DNA of 35,179 nucleotides from an uncultured Chthoniobacterales bacterium (lineage in GTDB: Bacteria > Verrucomicrobiota > Verrucomicrobiia > Chthoniobacterales > Terrimicrobiaceae), in assembly GCA_964527025.1 (NCBI GenBank), contig CAZGNH010000012.1:1-35179 (forward strand), written 5' to 3'. Of this stretch, positions 27,857 to 35,179 are shown one piece after another. A program made the translations under genes and the position numbers. Positions within the stretch are counted from its first letter, which is position 1. Every line of letters starts with the position of its first letter. The notes below the pieces were generated by a model, which worked only from the letters and a program-made list of their open reading frames with translations, made no database searches and was not told the DNA's origin.

Positions 27857-29314
27857 ATGGTATTCAGTTCGCACCTCTTCATTTTCTATTTTCTGCCACT
27901 CGCGCTGGCAGGCTACTATCTCACGCCATGGCGGGGGAAGCACATTTACCTGACGCTGGTGAGCTACCTGTTCTACGGGTGGGCGAATCCACTTTTTGTC
28001 GTGCTCATGTTTGCCTCGACGGTGGTCGATTATTTTGCCGGCCTCGTGCAGGCACACAATGGATGGAGGGGATGGGGAAAGGATCCGGGATTGCTGGCCG
28101 TGGATGGGCCGCGCTCGTGCACTCAAAAGATTGCGTTAACCTTGAGCATCGTGTCGAACCTCTCGTTGCTCGGGTTTTTCAAGTATTTCAACTTCGGCAT
28201 CGACAACTACAATCTGATCTTGGCTGGACTCGGTCTGGCGCATTTGCAGCTCTACGATGTGTTGCGGATCACGCTGCCGCTGGGCATCAGCTTTTACACC
28301 TTCCAGTCGATGAGCTACTCGATCGACGTTTACCGCGGTCATGCGCGTGCGATGCGGAACTTCACGGACTTTTCCTGTTTCGTGTCGATGTTTCCGCAAT
28401 TGGTGGCCGGGCCGATCATCCGCTTTGCGGAAATCGCCGACCAATTGCGGGCGAGGACGCACACGTTCGAGAAATTTGCCCGGGGCAGCGCCTTTTTCGC
28501 CATGGGCATGGCCAAAAAAATCCTGCTGGCCAACCCTTGCGGGAAAATCGCGGACATGGCCTTCGATGCGGGCTCGGTGGGTACGATGGATGCCTGGGTG
28601 GGGGTCGTCGGGTATGCGTTTCAGATTTACTTCGATTTCAGCGCGTATTCCGACATGGCCATCGGGCTGGGATTGATGATGGGGTTTGTTTTCGCGAAGA
28701 ATTTCGACTCGCCCTACAAATCGGCTTCGATCACGGAGTTCTGGCGGCGCTGGCATATTTCGCTTTCGTCTTGGTTGCGCGATTACCTTTACATCCCGCT
28801 GGGGGGCAACCGGCTGGGCCATGCGCGGACCTATGCCAACCTGATGCTCGTGATGCTGCTGGGAGGACTCTGGCACGGCGCGTCATGGAACTTCATGATC
28901 TGGGGCGGCATTCACGGGACGATGCTGGCGGCCGAGCGAGCCATGGGGAAAGACTCGATTTACCGCCGGTTGCCGCACGCGGCGCGGGTCGCCGTCACGT
29001 TTGTCATCGTGCTTTTCAGCTGGGTGTTTTTCCGGGCGGCAGACCTGCCCTCCGCGCTGGCCTACTGCCGGTCGATGCTGGGGTTAACCGTCCCGCACCC
29101 CGGCGCCGGGCTGATCGACGGAGTCATCTACCAGCCCTACTATCTCGGGATGCTTCTGGTCGCGGGAGTCATTGCCTGGGGTGCCCCCCAGACCTGGGAC
29201 TGGACGCGGACCATCACCCCCGCCAAGGCCCTGCTCATCGCCGTCCTCTTCTGGCTCTCCTTGCTTGTCATGACGACTCAGGCGTTCAATCCTTTCATCT
29301 ACTTTATTTTCTAA
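27857..29314 (+). CDS. MBOAT-family membrane O-acyltransferase, AlgI-like
   Basis: MVFSSHLFIFYFLPLALAGYYL. FWRRWHISLSSWLRDYLYIPLGGNR (conserved MBOAT His block). LLGGLWHGASWNF. Multiple transmembrane segments. Confidence 0.9.
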   Translation: MVFSSHLFIFYFLPLALAGYYLTPWRGKHIYLTLVSYLFYGWANPLFVVLMFASTVVDYFAGLVQAHNGWRGWGKDPGLLAVDGPRSCTQKIALTLSIVSNLSLLGFFKYFNFGIDNYNLILAGLGLAHLQLYDVLRITLPLGISFYTFQSMSYSIDVYRGHARAMRNFTDFSCFVSMFPQLVAGPIIRFAEIADQLRARTHTFEKFARGSAFFAMGMAKKILLANPCGKIADMAFDAGSVGTMDAWVGVVGYAFQIYFDFSAYSDMAIGLGLMMGFVFAKNFDSPYKSASITEFWRRWHISLSSWLRDYLYIPLGGNRLGHARTYANLMLVMLLGGLWHGASWNFMIWGGIHGTMLAAERAMGKDSIYRRLPHAARVAVTFVIVLFSWVFFRAADLPSALAYCRSMLGLTVPHPGAGLIDGVIYQPYYLGMLLVAGVIAWGAPQTWDWTRTITPAKALLIAVLFWLSLLVMTTQAFNPFIYFIF

Positions 29315-29317
29315 CCC

Positions 29318-31087
29318 ATGCCCGAGACCCCTGACATCGAAGAAATTCCCACCCGCGAGGCGGTGGCCAAACGCGAGATCGGCGTGACCGCCATCTCGCC
29401 GGGACTGGCCGTGGCGCTGGTGTCATTCTTTGTGCTCACGATCTGCGGCGTGCCCGTCGCGCAGGTCGCCTATGAAGCCGCCACAGGGCGGGACCGGCAG
29501 TCGGCCCTGGAGATTTTGCCGGTGCTGCCGGAGGCGTGGCGCGTCCTGCGGGAAACAACCGGAGTATCCGGCATCAATCAGGGCATCTTTGCCGCCAATG
29601 GAGCGACGTTGAGCGGCATCAGCGCCTTCGAAGACACCCTCGAAGAGCGCTTCTTCGGTGCCGAGCGCTGGCTGCCCCATATGCAGGCCTTTTATCTCGA
29701 GTGGCTGGGCGTGGGTAATGAGCAGGTCTACCCGGGCCGCGACGGGTGGCTGTTCTACCGCCCGGACGTCGATTACGTGACCGGTCGTGGCTTCCTGAAC
29801 CCGCGTGTGCTCACTGCAAGATCCCGCAGTGGAGACGCGACTGTCGGTGAGGCGGTGCAGCCGGATCCCCTCCCGGCCATCACCGCCTTCAACGCCGCGC
29901 TCGCGGAGCGCGGTATCCACCTGGTCCTGGTGCCGACCCCGGTCAAACCCTCCGTCGAGCCCGCTCTCCTTAGCGCTCGCTACGAGGGGCGCGACCGCCA
30001 TGCACTGCATAATCTCTCTTTTCACGACTGGGTCGACCGCCTTCGGGCGGCCGGGGTGGACGTGTTTATGCCCGGCGACGCGCTGGTGACTTACCGGGAG
30101 AAATCCGGCCAGCCGGCATATCTCGTCACCGATACGCACTGGACCCCCTCCGCCATGGAATCGGTCGCGGAACACCTCTACCGGCACCTCAAGACGACTG
30201 GACACCTCGGCGCGTCATCAGAACACAGCCTGCGGCGCGAAGCACTCGAGATTGACGGTCGCGGTGACATCGCTGCCATGCTCAAACTGCCTGCCACCTC
30301 GGAGCTTTTTGCGGAAGAACGCGTCACGGTCCACAAGGTGCTCGGTGTCGATGGGGCGCCGCTGCGCTTCGATCCGGATTCGGAGGTGCTCCTGCTCGGG
30401 GACAGCTTCTCGAATATTTTCTCCCTCGCAGACCTTGGCTGGGGCGCGGCAGCCGGCCTGGGCGAACAACTCTCCTACTTCCTGGGCCGCCCCATCGCCG
30501 CGATCCTGCGCAACGATGCCGGGTCGTTCGCCACCCGTGAGATCCTCGTCCGCGAGATGGCCAGGGGGAATGACCGTCTAGCGGGCAAGCGGGTCGTGGT
30601 CTGGCAGTTCGCCGAGCGGGAACTGGCTCTCGGGGACTGGAAAATCCTGCCTCTGCCGGAGGCGGCCCCGTCGGCAAATCAAGAGTCAGGGCCGTCTTCC
30701 GGGCCGGCCCCGGCTGCCGGCTTTCTGGTGCTTGATCCGGCAGCGGACCCGGTGCGTGTCCGCGGTCGCATCGCGTCGGCATCTCCGGTGCCCCGTCCGG
30801 GCACGGTGCCCTATCGTGATCACGTCATGACCCTCCACCTCGTGGAGATCGAAGGGCCGGGCATCAGCCAAGGATCCCAGGCGCTGGTCTATTTGTTCGG
30901 CATGCGCGACAACATCCAAACTGCTGCGGCCGCGTGGAGGCCGGGAGAGCGTGTTGCGCTCGACCTGCGTGCCTGGGAGGATGTGGCGCCCGATTACGAG
31001 CGATTCAACCGGAGCGAACTCGACGACATCGATCTCCAACTCGAAATCCCCACATGGGGAGACATCATCTCCAACCCGACGCCATGA
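29318..31087 (+). CDS. Membrane-anchored AlgJ/AlgX-family (SGNH-like, DTHW) polysaccharide O-acetyltransferase with extra C-terminal domain
   Basis: N-terminal transmembrane anchor LAVALVSFFVLTICGVPVA. GRDGWLFY, VTDTHWTPSA (Asp/His) and LLLGDSFSNIFS (Ser). Starts 3 nt after the MBOAT stop. Confidence 0.8.
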   Translation: MPETPDIEEIPTREAVAKREIGVTAISPGLAVALVSFFVLTICGVPVAQVAYEAATGRDRQSALEILPVLPEAWRVLRETTGVSGINQGIFAANGATLSGISAFEDTLEERFFGAERWLPHMQAFYLEWLGVGNEQVYPGRDGWLFYRPDVDYVTGRGFLNPRVLTARSRSGDATVGEAVQPDPLPAITAFNAALAERGIHLVLVPTPVKPSVEPALLSARYEGRDRHALHNLSFHDWVDRLRAAGVDVFMPGDALVTYREKSGQPAYLVTDTHWTPSAMESVAEHLYRHLKTTGHLGASSEHSLRREALEIDGRGDIAAMLKLPATSELFAEERVTVHKVLGVDGAPLRFDPDSEVLLLGDSFSNIFSLADLGWGAAAGLGEQLSYFLGRPIAAILRNDAGSFATREILVREMARGNDRLAGKRVVVWQFAERELALGDWKILPLPEAAPSANQESGPSSGPAPAAGFLVLDPAADPVRVRGRIASASPVPRPGTVPYRDHVMTLHLVEIEGPGISQGSQALVYLFGMRDNIQTAAAAWRPGERVALDLRAWEDVAPDYERFNRSELDDIDLQLEIPTWGDIISNPTP

Positions 31088-31221
31088 AACAATCCTTTCC
31101 ACCCCACTGTCCCGCCCGGGGATGGGAAACCGTCCCTTGCCGGGCTGGCGCTCGGGCCCTTGTGAGTGTATCACTGCGGGAATGGATTCCCCGACGAACC
31201 CTCTGAAAAAAAGACCAAACC

Positions 31222-32229
31222 ATGGATAAGCGAACAATCCCCAGCCTGCTATGCTCTTTCTGCTGTATTACCGCCTTGGCCTCGGACGGCGACGATCCGG
31301 GGGCGGCTTTCCGTGCTGAATGTGCGAAGCTAGCGGACGTCGGCGAGGCTATGACTGTCCCCGGGTTGGACGGCTGGCTCTTCCTGCGTGCGGAGTTGCG
31401 TCACATCGGCGTGGGACCGTTCTGGGGTGAGGCCGCAGCCAGGGTTTCCCGGGCCAGTTCGCCCGAGAGGGCCGACCCGCTGCCCGCGATCGTGGACTTC
31501 CACGAACAGCTCAAAGCCATGGGGATCGAGCTAATCCTCGCGCCCGTGCCGTGCAAGGCACTGGTCTATCCTGAGAAACTCGGCGGTCCGGCCGGGGGGC
31601 GGATCGATACCGTCCACCAAGAGTTCTACAAGCTGCTTGCAGACAAGGGCGTGACGGTGCTCGATCTGGCCGAAGCCTTCGCGCAGCAGAAGGGGAAAGC
31701 CGACTCGCCCGAGCTCTACTGCAGGACTGATACGCACTGGTCGCCCTATGCCTGCGAAGTGACCGCGAAGCTGATCAAGGAGCAGCTCGGCAACCCCGAC
31801 TGGCTGCCGGACAAGCCCGGTGGCTTTACGGTCTCTGCCGAGAAGCGCACGATCGTCGGCGACTTGACGGAGGGCAATGGCTCCGAGGAGTTGCCTGTGC
31901 GCGTGGTGACATCTGCAGGCGGTGCCTCGGTCGAGGATAAGGCCAGCCCGATCGTTCTGCTCGGCGACAGTCATACGCTGGTCTTCAGTGTCGGCCAGGA
32001 ACTGCACGGCACGGGCGCGGGGCTCGCCGACCAACTCGCGGCCGAGCTCGGCATGCCCGTGGATGTGGTCGGTGTGCGCGGCTCCGGTGCCACCCCGGCC
32101 CGCGTCAACTTGCTGCGCCGCGCCAAGTCCGACCCCGCCTACCTGGCCGACAAGAAAGTCGTAATCTGGTGCTTCGCCGCGAGGGAATTTACGGAGAGTT
32201 CCGGCTGGTCGTTGGTGCCTTTGAAGTAG
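31222..32229 (+). CDS. Secreted AlgX/AlgJ-family O-acetyltransferase (short paralog)
   Basis: Signal peptide MDKRTIPSLLCSFCCITALA. LDGWLFLR, RTDTHWSPYA and VLLGDSHTLVFS. Confidence 0.8.
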   Translation: MDKRTIPSLLCSFCCITALASDGDDPGAAFRAECAKLADVGEAMTVPGLDGWLFLRAELRHIGVGPFWGEAAARVSRASSPERADPLPAIVDFHEQLKAMGIELILAPVPCKALVYPEKLGGPAGGRIDTVHQEFYKLLADKGVTVLDLAEAFAQQKGKADSPELYCRTDTHWSPYACEVTAKLIKEQLGNPDWLPDKPGGFTVSAEKRTIVGDLTEGNGSEELPVRVVTSAGGASVEDKASPIVLLGDSHTLVFSVGQELHGTGAGLADQLAAELGMPVDVVGVRGSGATPARVNLLRRAKSDPAYLADKKVVIWCFAAREFTESSGWSLVPLK

Positions 32230-32273
32230 AGCGTGTCATGCACGTTTGACGGGCGCTAATTTCACGTTTGCGT

Positions 32274-34325
32274 TCAATGCCGCACCTCGATGATTTGATA
32301 ACCGTTCAGGACCGGTAGCGTGAATTGGATGCGACCGTCCTTCAACTCAAACGGCAGTTCCTTCCCTTCCGGCACGCAACGCACCGAGCGGACCGGCTTG
32401 TCGGAGCGCAGGGAAATCTCCACGCTATGCAGCGGGATGATGTCCTCGATGGTGTCGCAGGTGTGGTTGTTGCGGCGGCCGATATAGTTGAGCAGGTGAA
32501 GCAGCAAGCGGCCTTGGGCTTCCTGACGGGTCACGGTCGCCACCAGACTCTTCGGCGCGTTGGCGACCTTGAGCAGCGGCTCCGGTAGCAGGCGATCCAC
32601 CACGCCTTTCACCATCTGGCGCACCCACTGCGGCGCGTTGAAGCCGTAGAGCGAGAACAGCGGATGCGAAATGTAGCCGGTTGATCCGGTCATCACCACC
32701 GCCGGCGCGTATGCTTTGCCGGTGCTCGGCGCGTGCCGGTGGCTGCAATAGTGTTCCCAGGTGCGGTTGAAATAGGGCGCGACCATTTCCGCGATGACGC
32801 TGGTGCCGGGCTTGGCCGAAACCCGGCGTCCCCGCACGTCATGGATCATGTCTTCGGCTTTGACATCCTGGGGCTGCTGATTCCTGCCGCGGTCGTTGTA
32901 GCAGGCGTACTCGGTGGGATTGAGCCCTGCTCCAAAGTCGGCACCCGGCTTGACAAACGGAACATCCCACTCGTCCTCACCCTCATACGTGACGCCGAGA
33001 TCGACAGCAAAGCCGCCGCCGTCGGGTGTGAGCCCGGCGCGGTCATTGGCGATGACTTTGCCGCCGCCGGCGATGAAGGCGTTGATCTTCTTCGCGAGCG
33101 CGTCATCGACCGGGATGTTCTCCACCAGCACCAGCAGCTTGTAGCGGGAGAAGTCAGCTTCGGTGTCGACGATGTCGAACTGGTGCTTGAGTTCCTGGAA
33201 GATGTGGACGGCGCCCTCGATATCCCTGGTGATCGCTTTGTGCGTGCCGTTGCCGAAAATCGCTTCGGGGGTGAGCAACGCAATCTCGGCGACTGGCGAG
33301 GCGTCCGCCAGCCAGGGTTCACGCTCCTCGACCTGCGAATAGACCGAACCGATGAGGTTGTAGGTGTGTTCGCAGATTTTCCCGCGGGGATGCAACTGGT
33401 CGCCGATGCAGCACTTGGCGCCGTTGGCCAACATCGAGAAGCATTCGAATTCCAGGGCCTCCCGGTTTTTGAAAGAATGGAAATCTCCCCAGGCGGTGTA
33501 GAACTTTCCGGTCATGCCCAAGACCTCTTTCCCGAGCGTGCGCGCGAAACGCACGCTCAAGGGGAAGTGAGTGTAGCCCCAGGCGTAGGGCAGGCTCTCC
33601 AGCTCGAAGTGGGTGTAGGCCTCCGCCGCCGACCGGGTCTTCGGCCCCACATGTCCGGCGTTGTAGAAGATCAGGGCATCGGGCTCCAGAGAGCGGACAT
33701 GCGCTGTCATGTCCCTCTTGAAGCGGTCGAGCACGCCGAAGTAATACTCCCGGCGCTGCTCCTCGTCGGTGACATCCACGCCCCGGGCGATCATGTCCCG
33801 GCGGCAGGTGGTGCAACTGCAGTCCTGCGGTAGGAGAATGTCGAACCAATAACCGTCGCCCGCGCCAGCCAGATCCGCTGAAATATCGCTGACATGCCGG
33901 AAAAGCCAGTCGCGGTAGGCCGTGTTCACGCAAAGGAAGCTGTAAAACCCGGCGGAATTGGGCCAGCGGCCCGGGATCTTGGCGACGGTGTCCATGCAGC
34001 ACCACTCCGGATGGGCGTCGGCCGTCTGGGCGTCCCACTGCACCGTGACATAGACCGGGGTCTTGATCCCGCGCGCCTTGCAGGCGGAGATCTGCTCCTT
34101 CAAGAGGTTGCGCTTCAGGCCGGGATGCTTGCGTTCCGGGAAAGCCTTGGTGTCGTAATACATCCAACCGTGATGGCAGCGGGCGAAAAGGTTGATTGAA
34201 TTGACTTTGGCCCGGACCAGCGTGTCGGCAAATTCAGCGGGGCTGAAATCCCCGCCGATATCCTCGATGGACTCGTGCGTATGAAAATCGAGATGAATCT
34301 GGCGAAATGGTATTAAACTTTTCAA
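32274..34325 (-). CDS. GHL6-type putative glycoside hydrolase (TIM barrel) with GH42-like trimerisation/class-I amidotransferase-like middle domain
   Basis: N-terminus (M)KSLIPFRQIHLDFHTHE...NSINLFARCHHGWMYYDT is typical of the 'hypothetical glycosyl hydrolase 6' family. The only in-frame start after the upstream TAG is TTG at 34325. No signal peptide. Confidence 0.65.
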   Translation of the reverse strand: MKSLIPFRQIHLDFHTHESIEDIGGDFSPAEFADTLVRAKVNSINLFARCHHGWMYYDTKAFPERKHPGLKRNLLKEQISACKARGIKTPVYVTVQWDAQTADAHPEWCCMDTVAKIPGRWPNSAGFYSFLCVNTAYRDWLFRHVSDISADLAGAGDGYWFDILLPQDCSCTTCRRDMIARGVDVTDEEQRREYYFGVLDRFKRDMTAHVRSLEPDALIFYNAGHVGPKTRSAAEAYTHFELESLPYAWGYTHFPLSVRFARTLGKEVLGMTGKFYTAWGDFHSFKNREALEFECFSMLANGAKCCIGDQLHPRGKICEHTYNLIGSVYSQVEEREPWLADASPVAEIALLTPEAIFGNGTHKAITRDIEGAVHIFQELKHQFDIVDTEADFSRYKLLVLVENIPVDDALAKKINAFIAGGGKVIANDRAGLTPDGGGFAVDLGVTYEGEDEWDVPFVKPGADFGAGLNPTEYACYNDRGRNQQPQDVKAEDMIHDVRGRRVSAKPGTSVIAEMVAPYFNRTWEHYCSHRHAPSTGKAYAPAVVMTGSTGYISHPLFSLYGFNAPQWVRQMVKGVVDRLLPEPLLKVANAPKSLVATVTRQEAQGRLLLHLLNYIGRRNNHTCDTIEDIIPLHSVEISLRSDKPVRSVRCVPEGKELPFELKDGRIQFTLPVLNGYQIIEVRH

Positions 34326-34415
34326 GTTGGTATTGTGCTACGAGGGGATGTTTTGATTTGTCCAGCGAAAAGTGGTATTGCCGCTTTGGTGCGGTTTAAG
34401 GTTCCTATTTCCCAT

Positions 34416-34435
34416 GAACGTTAAAAACAACGTTC
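34416..34435. promoter_or_regulatory. Palindrome GAACGTT-N6-AACGTTC (two AACGTT hexamers) between the sulfatase stop and the GHL6 start
   Basis: Read directly: GAACGTTAAAAACAACGTTC. A 7-bp stem is possible. No T-tract follows on the minus strand, so it is either a weak terminator or a regulator binding site. Confidence 0.3.
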
Positions 34436-34449
34436 TGTGAGATCGATAT

Positions 34450-35179
34450 TCAGGCTCCGCAATACCGTTGTGAATCGAAGCGGTCGGTCTGCGCCAGGCG
34501 CTGCACGAGGCGGGCGAGCAGCGCGGACTTGCGGCCTTGCGCCTTCGGCTCGTTCCAGAGATTGCGCAGCTCGTGCGGGTCGTCGGCGAGGTTGAAGAGC
34601 ACGCCGTCGTCGAAGCCGCCGTAGAGCACGAGCTTCCAGTCGCCGTCGATCAGGCCGCGCAGACGGCAGACCGGGGCGTCGCCGAGGTCTTCGTCGTATT
34701 CCATAACGAGCGACTCGTGCGGCGCGTGGGGTTGACCTTCCAGGAAGGGGCGCAGGGATTGGCCGGCCGGCGGCAGGCGGTTCATCGGCCCCGGTCCGCG
34801 GGTGTCCAGCGCGAGCGGATCGAGCCCGGCGTAGTCGAGGAAGGTCGGCGCCAGGTCGAGCAGGCTCACCGGAGTCTGGCACACGCCGGGTTGCACCCCG
34901 GGCCCGGCTGCGATGAACGGAACCCGCCAGAGTTCCTCGTAGGGCCAGGCGCCCTTGTAGAGAAGGCCGTGGCCGCCAAGATACTCGCCGTGGTCTGCGA
35001 TGAAGAGGACGATGGTGTTCTCCGCCTGGCCGCTCGCTTCCAGCGCCGCCAGCACGCGGCCCACATTGGCATCGACATGTCTGATCATGCCGTAGGTCTG
35101 CGCCAGAATCTCCCGCATCTCGGCCTCATGTTCCGGTCCGGGGCGCCCGGATTTGCCGGCGAGAAAGGCGCAGGGCTCG
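34450..35179 (-). CDS. Sulfatase, C-terminal part only (continues beyond the window edge)
   Basis: The minus-strand frame is open to nt 35179. NTIVLFIADHGEYLGGHGLLYKG, LLDLAPTFLDYAGL and LFNLADDPHELRNLW are typical sulfatase C-terminal blocks. Confidence 0.85.
   Translation of the reverse strand, partial: EPCAFLAGKSGRPGPEHEAEMREILAQTYGMIRHVDANVGRVLAALEASGQAENTIVLFIADHGEYLGGHGLLYKGAWPYEELWRVPFIAAGPGVQPGVCQTPVSLLDLAPTFLDYAGLDPLALDTRGPGPMNRLPPAGQSLRPFLEGQPHAPHESLVMEYDEDLGDAPVCRLRGLIDGDWKLVLYGGFDDGVLFNLADDPHELRNLWNEPKAQGRKSALLARLVQRLAQTDRFDSQRYCGA

Noticed and set aside
27858-27864. A further TGGTATT copy at the MBOAT start, matching the motif repeated in the 34326-34449 spacer
   Set aside because: It is simply the codons ATG-GTA-TTC (M-V-F) of the MBOAT N-terminus. 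It is most likely coincidental and is not counted as a regulatory site.
27928-29334. 468-aa alternative-frame ORF on the same strand as the MBOAT gene
   Set aside because: The overlapping frame 27857-29314 gives a near-textbook AlgI-like sequence with transmembrane helices. The alternative frame is Arg/Gly/Ala-rich with no hydrophobic segments.
32241-32270. Direct repeat CACGTTTG x2 (32241-32248 and 32263-32270) between the convergent AlgX-like and GHL6 genes
   Set aside because: Only two 8-mers, no dyad symmetry and no terminator-like hairpin. This may be chance or a degenerate terminator region, and is not enough to call.

Overview
High-GC bacterial chromosomal segment. Hand counts of sample 60-nt lines give about 58-70% GC over most of the window. 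Gene content and protein tails suggest a Verrucomicrobiota/Planctomycetota-like genome, but that taxonomy is inference only.

Most of the window is a catabolic locus for a sulfated, O-acetylated glycan.
- Nt 1-17022 hold ten tightly packed co-directional genes: FAD-dependent oxidoreductase, three formylglycine-type sulfatases, one SGNH esterase, three SASA-type O-acetylesterases, an (alpha/alpha)6 glycoside hydrolase and a beta-helix enzyme with an inserted CBM.
- A LacI-family regulator (17049-18071, minus strand) sits between that block and a second unit. The second unit holds a paralogous FAD oxidoreductase, a 47-codon relic of a sulfatase and a GH43/GH117-like beta-propeller.
- Nt 21624-25049 is a visibly lower-GC island (about 45-47% in sampled lines). 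It carries a fasciclin protein, an ECF sigma factor and an RskA-type anti-sigma factor, and ends in two decayed transposase remnants (an HTH N-terminal fragment and an internally deleted IS91-family gene).
- To its right lies an inverted, highly similar paralog of the 4571-6652 esterase, extended by FN3 and tail domains.
- Next come an MBOAT/AlgI-like gene and two AlgJ/AlgX-like O-acetyltransferases, then a GHL6-type glycosidase and a partial sulfatase.

I found no rRNA, tRNA or CRISPR array, and no recognisable defence, toxin-antitoxin or secretion system.

The most interesting points are:
- the repeated FAD-oxidoreductase plus sulfatase pairing;
- the ~2 kb inverted paralog pair with perfectly identical tracts;
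- the deletion scar at 20509-20652;
- the SigK/RskA/fasciclin-like island;
- an O-acetylation module embedded among O-acetylesterases.

All family assignments come from motif recognition by eye. Start codons are approximate.
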